From Myxococcota bacterium (GTDB lineage: Bacteria; Myxococcota_A; UBA9042; PHBI01; JAWLBL01): DNA of 64,000 nt. The DNA is taken from positions 192,001 to 256,000 of the forward strand of contig JAWLBL010000006.1 of the NCBI GenBank assembly GCA_041687695.1. Direction: 5' to 3'. Shown piece by piece: positions 1 through 7,570 of this stretch; the stretch's first letter is position 1; each line of letters opens with the position of its first letter. Both the position numbers and the translations under genes were made by a program. Below the pieces are notes generated by a model. That model worked only from the letters and a program-made list of their open reading frames with translations. It did no database searches and was not told the DNA's origin.

Positions 1-1
1 C

Positions 2-1510
2 GTCGCCACGGCCCCGGACCCCCGCCCCGGCGCGACGGCGCCCTTCTGGTCCCTCGAGGCCAAGGTCGCCGGCGCCCCGGTGACCCTCGTCTTCGAGGAC
101 GGCGTCCTCGCGGCGGCGACCCACGGCCGCTCGGGCGGCCCGCCCCGCGACGTCACCGAGCACGTCCGCGCCATCCGCTCGGCCCCCATTCGCCTCGCCA
201 GCGATCGCCGCCCGGTCCCGCGGGTGCTGGTCGTGCACGCGACCGCGACCCTGCGGGCCACGGCCTTCGCTCGCCTCCGCCGGGGCCTGCAGAGCGCGGG
301 CCGCGAAGGCGCCCGCACGATCGCCGAGGCGGCCGCCGAGGCGATGGCCCTGCGCGACTCGGCCCAGGTCGCCTGCTGGCCGCTCGACCTGGTCGCCCAC
401 GACGTCGCCCCGGCGGGCGACGGCCTGGCGGGCCTGTCGCGCCAGCCGGAGGTGCGCGAGGCCCTGGTCGACTGGGGGTTCTGCGTCGTCGACGCCCTGG
501 GCGAGGCGGACGACCTGCCCGGTGTGCTGGCGGTCATCGAGACCGTCACTGCCGTCCGGGACGAGCTCCCGTGGGAGCTCGACGGCGTCGTCATCAAGCG
601 GGCGGCCCTGGACGCACGCGGCGCCGATCGGCCCGCGTCGGCCACCGCCGAGCCGGTCTCCTGGGCGGCCTCGGTCCCGGTCGAGCCGCGCCGCGCGCTG
701 ACCCGGGTCGTCGATCTGGGCTGCGCGATCGATCGCTTCGGCGGCCTGCGGCTCGTGGCGACCCTGCGTCCCGTAGCGCCGGAAGGAGAGGCCGAGGTCA
801 CCTGCGCCCTGGTGCCGGACGCGCGGTGCGCCCCCGAGCTGGCCGACCTGCGCGTCGGCGACCGCGTCCGCGTCGCCCCCGCCCCCGACGAGCCCGGCCT
901 GCTGACCGTCGGCGAGCTGTCCCCGGCGAGCGAGTCGCTGCGCGGCGAGCCGTTCACCTGGCCGACCACCTGCCCCTCGTGCGGGCTCGAGCTGGCCGGC
1001 GCCCGCCGCCGCCGCTACTGCCCCAACCGCCATGGCTGCGCCGAGCAGGTCCACGCGCGCCTGCGGCACTTCGTCGCGGCCGCCGCCGACGGCGAGGCCG
1101 CCGAGCGCCTCGCGCGCTGGGTCGAGGGTGGCCTCGTCCACGCCCCCGAGGACCTCCTCCGGCTGACGACCGCCGACCTCGCCGACGCCGATCCGCTCGC
1201 CGCCCCGGGCCGCGACGGCCCGGCCCCCAACCTGTACCAGGCGCTGCGCGGCGCCCACCCGCTGCCGCTCGAGCGCCTCCTGTTCGCCCTCAGCGTCCCC
1301 GGCCTCGACCCGGCCGCCGCGCGCGCGCTCGCCGCCCACTTCGGCGACCTCGAGCGCCTCGCCTCCGCCGCCCCCGACGACCTGCAGGCCCGCGGCGACC
1401 TCGGCCCCGCCGGCGTGGCCGCCCTCCGGGCCTACCTCGACGAGCCGCGCAACCGCGCCACCCTGCGCGCGCTCGCCGAGCTCGGCCTCGACGCCCCTCA
1501 CGTCCCCTGA
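2..1510 (+). CDS. NAD-dependent DNA ligase (LigA)-like protein, degenerate, no BRCT domain; 5' end outside the window
   Basis: Frame open from position 2. Motif I region WSLEAKVAG (56-73), motif IV DGVVIK, OB-fold-like VGDRVRV, Zn finger CPSC...CPNRHGC, HhH region LERLLFALSVPGL...ALAAHFGDLERL. Confidence 0.8.
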   Translation, partial: VATAPDPRPGATAPFWSLEAKVAGAPVTLVFEDGVLAAATHGRSGGPPRDVTEHVRAIRSAPIRLASDRRPVPRVLVVHATATLRATAFARLRRGLQSAGREGARTIAEAAAEAMALRDSAQVACWPLDLVAHDVAPAGDGLAGLSRQPEVREALVDWGFCVVDALGEADDLPGVLAVIETVTAVRDELPWELDGVVIKRAALDARGADRPASATAEPVSWAASVPVEPRRALTRVVDLGCAIDRFGGLRLVATLRPVAPEGEAEVTCALVPDARCAPELADLRVGDRVRVAPAPDEPGLLTVGELSPASESLRGEPFTWPTTCPSCGLELAGARRRRYCPNRHGCAEQVHARLRHFVAAAADGEAAERLARWVEGGLVHAPEDLLRLTTADLADADPLAAPGRDGPAPNLYQALRGAHPLPLERLLFALSVPGLDPAAARALAAHFGDLERLASAAPDDLQARGDLGPAGVAALRAYLDEPRNRATLRALAELGLDAPHVP

Positions 1511-1533
1511 CCCCACGCACAGGACCATCCGCC

Positions 1534-2226
1534 ATGCCCCGCGGCAGCAACATCGTCGAGCGCCCCGATCTGCGGGGCCGAACCCGCGTCTTCCGCAGCC
1601 GCGCCGCCGCCGGCGAGCTGCTGGCGGCCATGCTGCGCAGCTACCGCGAGGACGACGCGATCATCCTCACCGCCGACTGCGGCGGGGCCGCCGTCGCCGC
1701 GCCCATGGCCCGCGAGCTGAACCTGCCCGTCAGCGCCGCGCCCGCGGTGCCCGTCCGGGCCCCCTCCGACGGCGCGATCCTGGGCGCCGTCGCCTGGGAC
1801 GGGACCGTGCTGCTCGACGACGACGCGACGCGGCGCCAGCAGCTGCTCGAGTCGCAGCTCGAGCAGGTCGTCGCGCGCGCCAGGCAGGCCGCTGCCCAGG
1901 CACGCGCCGCGCTGGCGGGCGAGCACCCGATGCCCGACCTGATGCGCCGGACCGTCGTCCTGGTCGACGACGGCCTGGCCTCGGACGTCGTGCTGCGCGC
2001 CGCCCTGCAGGCCCTGGCCGCCGCCGAGGCCGCGCGGGTCCTGGTCGCGGTGCCGACCGCCCCCTCCGAGGCCGCCGCCCGCGTCGCCGAGCAGGCCTTC
2101 GCCGTCTACTGCCCGAACCTGCGCGACGGCGGCGCGTTCTCCGTCGCCGAAGCCTACGAAGAGTGGGCCGAGCTGACGCCGGAGGCGGCGCGAGAGCTCA
2201 TCGCGCCGTTCCTGCCGCCGGCCTGA
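1534..2226 (+). CDS. Phosphoribosyltransferase-family protein
   Basis: FRSRAAAGELLA N-terminus, VVLVDDGLAS PRPP-loop-like motif, VAVPTAP, FSVAEAYEEW; ATG at 1534 after AGGA. Confidence 0.8.
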   Translation: MPRGSNIVERPDLRGRTRVFRSRAAAGELLAAMLRSYREDDAIILTADCGGAAVAAPMARELNLPVSAAPAVPVRAPSDGAILGAVAWDGTVLLDDDATRRQQLLESQLEQVVARARQAAAQARAALAGEHPMPDLMRRTVVLVDDGLASDVVLRAALQALAAAEAARVLVAVPTAPSEAAARVAEQAFAVYCPNLRDGGAFSVAEAYEEWAELTPEAARELIAPFLPPA

Positions 2227-2253
2227 GCGCGCCCGCCGCCGCCTTCGGTAGGA

Positions 2254-2916
2254 CTACCAGGGCAGCTCCTCGCCGTTGGCGTGCCAGAACGTGCCCGAGT
2301 TGTCGGGTCCGAGGGCGTCGATGCGCGCGATCAGCATCTCGGCCGCCTCGGCGGGGCCGACGTTGCCGCTGCCGCCGGTCATGTCGGTCTTGACGAAGCC
2401 GGGGTGCAGGATGGCGACCGCGACGGCGCGGCGCGCGAGATCGAGCGCGAGCGACTTGCCGGCCATGTTCACGGCCGCCTTGGACATGCGGTAGCCGTAC
2501 ATCCCGCCGGACGTGTTGTCGGCGATGGAGCCCATGCGGCTGGTGATGATGGCGACCTTGCCGCCGCGCGCGAGGCGGTCGGCCAGCGCAGCCGTGACGC
2601 GCAGCGGCCCGAGGGCGTTGACCTCGAGCTGCTGGCGGATCGAGTCGAAGTCCAGCTGGTCCAGGGTCTCGCGCCGCAGGAGGCCGGCGTTGTTGATCAG
2701 CAGATCGAGGCTGACGTCCGACAGGCGCCGCGCGAGATCGGCGACGCTCGCGTCCGAGGCGACGTCGACGTCGCGCTCGATGCGCACGCCGAGGGCCTCG
2801 AGCTCGGGCGAGGCGTGACGGCAGACGGCGATGACGGCGTCGCCGCGGGCGGCGAGCTGGCGACACAGCTCGAGGCCGATGCCGCGGTTGGCTCCTGTGA
2901 CGAGGGCGGTGGCCAT
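2254..2916 (-). CDS. Short-chain dehydrogenase/reductase (CsgA/C-factor-like subfamily)
   Basis: TGANRGIG, INNAG, catalytic YRMSK, LHPGFVKTDMT, C-terminal GEELPW; AAGGAG RBS. Confidence 0.9.
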   Translation of the reverse strand: MATALVTGANRGIGLELCRQLAARGDAVIAVCRHASPELEALGVRIERDVDVASDASVADLARRLSDVSLDLLINNAGLLRRETLDQLDFDSIRQQLEVNALGPLRVTAALADRLARGGKVAIITSRMGSIADNTSGGMYGYRMSKAAVNMAGKSLALDLARRAVAVAILHPGFVKTDMTGGSGNVGPAEAAEMLIARIDALGPDNSGTFWHANGEELPW

Positions 2917-3090
2917 CGGGCGCTCCTTGGGCGAGGGCTGGCGCGATGAATGGACGCGCGGGGTGACGCGCGGGGTGACGCGCGGGTCGGGACTGCGATG
3001 AGGCCGCGGACGGTAGCCAAGGCGGCCGGGCCCGACAATCCCCCGGCCGTCGGACGACCGTCGAACGTCGACGACTACTCGCTTGCCGCC

Positions 3091-3573
3091 ATGACGTCCC
3101 GTGCCAAAGGCGAGAGCCTTCGATCGTGACCCCTTGCCGGAGCGCCGTTCTCGGGAGCCGCCACGGGCCTGCGCATCCTCTGCGTCGAAGACGATCCAAC
3201 CTGCGTGAAGCCATCGTCTACCTTCTCGAGGACGAGGGGTACGACGTCACCGCCGTCCCGACGGCCGAGGACGGGCTCGCCCAGCTGAAGCGCGGCGGCT
3301 TCCACCTGCTGCTGACGGACCAGCGGGAAGAAGTCGGCGAGTTCTGCCATCGGCGGCCCGATCGACGTGGCGCGCACCGCGCCGTACCTGCTGACCGTCT
3401 CCGACGTCATCCTCAGCCTCGATCAGGTCTACGGCGACGACGGCCGCGCCGAGCGCGTCATGCGGGTCGTGAAGATGCGCGGCTCCGGCCACGACACCCG
3501 CGCCCACCGGTTCGTCATCGGCCAGGGCGGCATCGTGCTCGAGGGCCCCGAGGCCACGGCCGGGGCGTCCTGA
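3091..3573 (+). pseudogene. Disrupted remnant: response-regulator receiver N-half joined to a KaiC/RAD55-type ATPase C-terminal tail
   Basis: In-frame TGA at 3127; LRILCVEDDP then frameshift near 3197 to NLREAIVYLLEDEGYDV...HLLLTD; second shift near 3345 to SDVILSL...RVMRVVKMRGSGHD...FVIGQGGI. Confidence 0.65.
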
Positions 3574-3687
3574 CGGCTCTGGGCGCGTCGGTTCTGCGCC
3601 TCAGGCTTTGCCTGAGCGCCGGGCGACGTATCTTTCGCGGTGGTGGTCCGCGCGTCGGGCCGCGCCCGACGCCTGCGAGAGGTGACG

Positions 3688-4413
3688 ATGCCCGAGCTCT
3701 CTCATCAGTCGCTGCTGGACGCGCTCGGCAAGCGCTACGACTCGGCGTCCGCCCGGGTCGTGCTGGCCGAGCTGCTCGAGACGACGCGCCTCGAGGCGCG
3801 TGACCGCTACACCGAGGACGAGGTCGAGCGGCTGTGCCGCGCGCTCGAGCGGGTGGACCGCCGCGCGACCCGCGCCGTCGCGGCGCTGCGCCATGGGCTG
3901 TCGTGGCAGACGCGCGAGGCGCCGACGCCAGCGGCGGTCGAGGCCGCGCCGTTTCCGGGCGGCGGGCCGGACGATCTGCCCGAGCCCGAGCCCGCGCCCG
4001 ATCTGCCCTTCCCGAACCCCGATCCGCTGCCCGACGAGGGGGTCCCAGGGCCCGAGCCGGAGCCGGACCTTCCCTTCCCGGAGCCCGAGCCCGAGCCGGA
4101 CACGCCCGTGCCGACGCCGCCCGCGGTCCGCTTCGTGGTCCACGACGTCCACACCGAGCCTGGCCAGGCGGTCTTCTTGTGCGGCGATCACGCGGCGCTC
4201 GGCGCCTGGGACCCGCAGGGGGCGGTGCTGCTCGACCCGACGGACTACCCCAGCTGGAGCAAGCGCCTCGAGCTGGCGCCGGGCACGGCGCTGTCGTTCA
4301 AGTTCGGCGTCCGTGACGACGCGGGCGGCGTGCGCTGGCAGCCCGGCGACAACCACGTGGTCGTCGTCCCGCCCGACGGCGAGGCGGTGCACGAGGTGCG
4401 CTGGGAGGGCTGA
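3688..4413 (+). CDS. CBM20 (starch-binding) domain protein with Pro/Glu-rich linker
   Basis: C-terminal VRFVVHDVHTEPGQAVFLCGDHAALGAWDP...YPSW...FKF...WQPGDNH; PDLPFPEPEP repeats; GAGGTG RBS. Confidence 0.8.
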   Translation: MPELSHQSLLDALGKRYDSASARVVLAELLETTRLEARDRYTEDEVERLCRALERVDRRATRAVAALRHGLSWQTREAPTPAAVEAAPFPGGGPDDLPEPEPAPDLPFPNPDPLPDEGVPGPEPEPDLPFPEPEPEPDTPVPTPPAVRFVVHDVHTEPGQAVFLCGDHAALGAWDPQGAVLLDPTDYPSWSKRLELAPGTALSFKFGVRDDAGGVRWQPGDNHVVVVPPDGEAVHEVRWEG

Positions 4414-4422
4414 GCGTGCGGC

Positions 4423-5346
4423 CTATTCCGTCGCGGGCGTCGCGGGCGTCGCGGGCGTGGGTCGGGCCCGGACCGCGCCGCCGGAGACGCGGTCCTCGGC
4501 CAGCATGACGAAGCTGAAGTGGCCTGGGTTCTCCTCGGCGCACGAGACGCGGTCGAGCAGATCCGACGTGTCCATCGAGATGAGGCGGTAGTCGCCCTCG
4601 GGGCCGCCGACGACCGTCCAGGTGCCCGGGTTGATGAGGTCGATGTTGGGCCCGAGCTGGATGCGCAGCCGGCGGTGCTCGATGGTGGCGAGGCACAGGC
4701 TCGAGAGGCGGCGCACCTCGGTGTAGACCAGGCGCCGCGAGGGCCGCAGATCGATCTCGTAGGGCAGCTCCTCCATGGGCAGCCCGTAGCTCTCGGTGTC
4801 GGGCGGCCGCTCGGAGCCCGAGAAGACGGCGGCGATGAGCGGGCCTTCGAGCTCTCGGAAGACCAGGGCGTAGCCGTGGCGGTCGCCCTCGGGGCCGCCG
4901 ACGCGGCGCGGGTAGAAGCGCGCGTAGACCCGCTCGCCACGGCGCAGCGGCAGCTCGTAGCCGGCGTAGGTCGTGTAGTCGAGCGCGACCGGCGGGCCCG
5001 AGGGCAGGCTCAACAGCAGGCGCCGGTACCCCGCGAGCGGGGAGGGGCCGTGCTGGACCACCTGGACCTCGTACCCTTCGGTCAGGCCGCCGATGGGGCG
5101 GATGCGGACCTTGGGCCGAGGGTGTCCGATGGCGCGCACGGCGGCCGCGCGCGTCCCCGACCGCACCGCGCGCAGCGAGGGTGGTCGCTGGGCCTCGGCG
5201 GGCAGCGTGAACGACGGACCGCCGCAGCCCCAGGGCAGGGCGAGCCAGACGAGGAGCAGGCCCGCGAGCGCGGCGCGCAGCCGATGAGGCGGCGGCCGCA
5301 CGGCGCCGAGGGCCAGCTTCGAGCGCGTGACGCGAGACGCCGTCAT
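4423..5346 (-). CDS. Hypothetical lipoprotein/secreted protein
   Basis: Hydrophobic stretch ending LALPWGC; protein-like composition; start uncertain. Confidence 0.55.
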   Translation of the reverse strand: MTASRVTRSKLALGAVRPPPHRLRAALAGLLLVWLALPWGCGGPSFTLPAEAQRPPSLRAVRSGTRAAAVRAIGHPRPKVRIRPIGGLTEGYEVQVVQHGPSPLAGYRRLLLSLPSGPPVALDYTTYAGYELPLRRGERVYARFYPRRVGGPEGDRHGYALVFRELEGPLIAAVFSGSERPPDTESYGLPMEELPYEIDLRPSRRLVYTEVRRLSSLCLATIEHRRLRIQLGPNIDLINPGTWTVVGGPEGDYRLISMDTSDLLDRVSCAEENPGHFSFVMLAEDRVSGGAVRARPTPATPATPATE

Positions 5347-5446
5347 GCCGCGAGGATGGCGCGGAGCGACGCCGCCAGCAAGCCCGAGACGGGCCGGCGA
5401 GGCGATGGTCGTCCGCGCGGCTTCACGGTCGCGACGTCCGCGCGGC

Positions 5447-5695
5447 TCAGGTCCTGTCGGCGATGATCTTCTGGGGATCGAGCCCCAGCTTCTTGCAGTA
5501 CGCGACGAATCCCAGCTTGTTGATGCTGCGGATGGCGCGCGTCGACAGCGTCATCGTGATGGTGCGGCCCTCTTCAGGAATGAAGATTCGCTTCTTCTGA
5601 AGGTTGGGCTGCTGGTGCTTCTTGGTCTTGTTGTGGGCGTGGGAGATGTTGTAACCCACGAGCCGGCGCTTGCCGGTCAACTCACAGACGCGCAT
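5447..5695 (-). CDS. rpmB: 50S ribosomal protein L28
   Basis: MRVCELTGKR...GYNISHAHNKTKK...PNLQKKR; GAGGAGGA RBS. Confidence 0.96.
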   Translation of the reverse strand: MRVCELTGKRRLVGYNISHAHNKTKKHQQPNLQKKRIFIPEEGRTITMTLSTRAIRSINKLGFVAYCKKLGLDPQKIIADRT

Positions 5696-5723
5696 GTGAC
5701 GTCCTCCTCACGAGGGGCGAGCC

Positions 5724-5752
5724 AAGTAACAGAGGGCGCCGAGGCCTGTCAA
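5724..5752 (-). promoter_or_regulatory. Sigma70-type promoter of rpmB
   Basis: TTGACA-17 nt-TTACTT on the minus strand upstream of the RBS. Confidence 0.6.
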
Positions 5753-6609
5753 TGCTTTCGCACCGTAGCGACACCCACGCCGAGGGGCTCGAGGTCCTGG
5801 CCCTGCGGACCCCGACCCTGCCACCGGCCACGACGACGAACACGGCCCTGGTCGGCCGTCGTCAGCTGTGGGTGGTCGATCCCGCGACCCCGCACGCGGC
5901 CGAGCGCGAGACCCTGGCCACGGCCATCGCGGCGCGCCTGGACGCGGGCGCCGCGCTGGCGGGGCTGGTGCTGACCCACCACCACCGCGACCACGTCGGG
6001 GCGGCGGCCTTCCTGCGCGAGCGGTTCGGGGCGCCCGTCCTGGCGCACCCGCGCACGGCCGCGCTGCTCGAGGGCACGCTCGCGGTGGACCGCCCGGTGG
6101 TCGAGGGGGACGTTCTCGAGGGCTCCGCGGCCCCGGACGACCGCTGGCGCGTCCTGCACACGCCCGGGCACGCCTCGGGGCACGTCGTCCTGTGGGAGCC
6201 GACGCGCCGGCTGATGGTGGCGGGGGACATGGTGGCCGCCGTGGGCACCATCGTGGTCGAGCCGCCCGACGGGCACATGGGCACCTACGTGGCCCAGCTG
6301 CGGCGCCTCGCGGATCTCGCGCCGCGGCTGCTGGTCCCCGCTCACGGCGACGTGGTCGACGATCCGGTCGCGCTGCTCGAGCGCTACGTCGCGCACCGGC
6401 TGATGCGAGAGCGCCGCGTCGCCGAGGCGCTCGAGGCCGCGCCGGCCGAGCTGGCGACCGTGACGCGGCGCTCGTATCCGGACGTTCCGCCCGCGCTGCA
6501 CCCGCTGGCGGCCCGGTCGGCCCTGGCCCACCTCATCAAGCTGGCGGAGGAGGGGCGGGCGATCGAGGGGCCGGAGGGGGCGTGGCGAAGCGCGCCGGCA
6601 GCGCCGTGA
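5752..6609 (+). CDS. MBL-fold metallo-hydrolase (LACTB2-like)
   Basis: THHHRDHVG, HTPGHASGH, AGD, PAHG; N-terminal TPTLPPATTTN. Confidence 0.9.
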   Translation: MLSHRSDTHAEGLEVLALRTPTLPPATTTNTALVGRRQLWVVDPATPHAAERETLATAIAARLDAGAALAGLVLTHHHRDHVGAAAFLRERFGAPVLAHPRTAALLEGTLAVDRPVVEGDVLEGSAAPDDRWRVLHTPGHASGHVVLWEPTRRLMVAGDMVAAVGTIVVEPPDGHMGTYVAQLRRLADLAPRLLVPAHGDVVDDPVALLERYVAHRLMRERRVAEALEAAPAELATVTRRSYPDVPPALHPLAARSALAHLIKLAEEGRAIEGPEGAWRSAPAAP

Positions 6610-7570
6610 GGGCCTGAACGTCGTCGCGGCTGCGCGTGGTGGCGCCGCTGCCCATCACCAGGGCCCCGTCGTCACCCAGCAGCTCGAGCGTGGCGCCGCG
6701 CAGAGCCTGCAGGCGCAGGCGCCAGCGCGGCCGAGTCGCGGTGACGGTCCGCTGGGCCCAGCGCAGCGGCCCCAGCCGGAACCCGTGGGTCCAGCGGTCG
6801 CCCGCGCGGGTCAGCTCCTCGCGCGCCAGGCGCTTGACGGCCGGCACGGCCAGCAGGACCAGCCCGAGCAGCGCCAGCAGGGGCGCGAAGAACAGGCCGA
6901 AGACCGGATGCTCGGCGGTGACGGTGAACATCGCGCCGCCGACCACCGCCATGCTGGCGCCGAAGAGCGCCAACACGCCCTGCAGGGCCGCGCCGCGGCG
7001 GACGCCGAAGCGCACCCGGGTCTCGGCCGGGGCCTCGTCCGCGAGGGCGGCTGCGTCGGCGGCGTCGTCCCGGCGGTCCGACAGGCGCGCGAGGCCCGTC
7101 TCGCCCGCCAGATCGTCGGCCAGGGCCGAGATGCTGTCGTGGTCGGGCGACTCGAGCAGCACGATGGACAGGCCGTCGGTGCGCTCCAAGGCGGCGGTCC
7201 ACAGGCGGAAGACGTCGCCGTCGCGGCGGACGTCGGTCGGCTGGACGCGGATCCCGCGGAGCTCGGCCAGCGGCACCCACCAGACGTCGCGCTGCCCCGT
7301 CAGGCCGAGGCCCAGACGGCCGCGCGCCCGATCGAGGCACAGGCCGCCCGGCCCGGCCAGCAGGCGCACGGCGGTCAGGGCCAGGGCGCTGGCGAAGAGG
7401 GCGCCCACCCCGATGGACACGCCGCGGGCGGTGTCGGTCAGGGCCGGGTCCAGGCCCAGCGCCAGGGCGGTGGCCGCGATGGCGGTCGCGCCCACGGCCG
7501 CGCCCAGCCCGGCGCCGGTGTTGCGGGCGGGCGGGACGATGACCAGGGGGCTGGGGTCGGGCGCGCTCAG
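6536..7570 (-). CDS. Hypothetical membrane protein (two TM hairpins each followed by a soluble beta-rich segment); probable CTG start
   Basis: 3' third of the 1019-aa track ORF is protein-like with four hydrophobic helices; CTG overlaps the upstream TGA. Confidence 0.6.
   Translation of the reverse strand: MSAPDPSPLVIVPPARNTGAGLGAAVGATAIAATALALGLDPALTDTARGVSIGVGALFASALALTAVRLLAGPGGLCLDRARGRLGLGLTGQRDVWWVPLAELRGIRVQPTDVRRDGDVFRLWTAALERTDGLSIVLLESPDHDSISALADDLAGETGLARLSDRRDDAADAAALADEAPAETRVRFGVRRGAALQGVLALFGASMAVVGGAMFTVTAEHPVFGLFFAPLLALLGLVLLAVPAVKRLAREELTRAGDRWTHGFRLGPLRWAQRTVTATRPRWRLRLQALRGATLELLGDDGALVMGSGATTRSRDDVQALTALPARFATPPPAPRSPAPPPPA

Noticed and set aside
571..2226. 551-aa ORF as a single protein or ligase-PRTase fusion
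   Set aside because: The 5' part is an off-frame shadow of the ligase-like gene; the PRTase has its own ATG at 1534.
3127..3129. Selenocysteine/readthrough TGA
   Set aside because: Lies in an unconserved N-terminal stretch and is accompanied by two frameshifts; pseudogenisation is simpler.
5447..5695. Zinc-free L28 as a zinc-starvation paralog
   Set aside because: The single-Cys form is the ordinary type in many Gram-negative bacteria; it has a plain sigma70-like promoter and no evident Zur box or linked paralogs.
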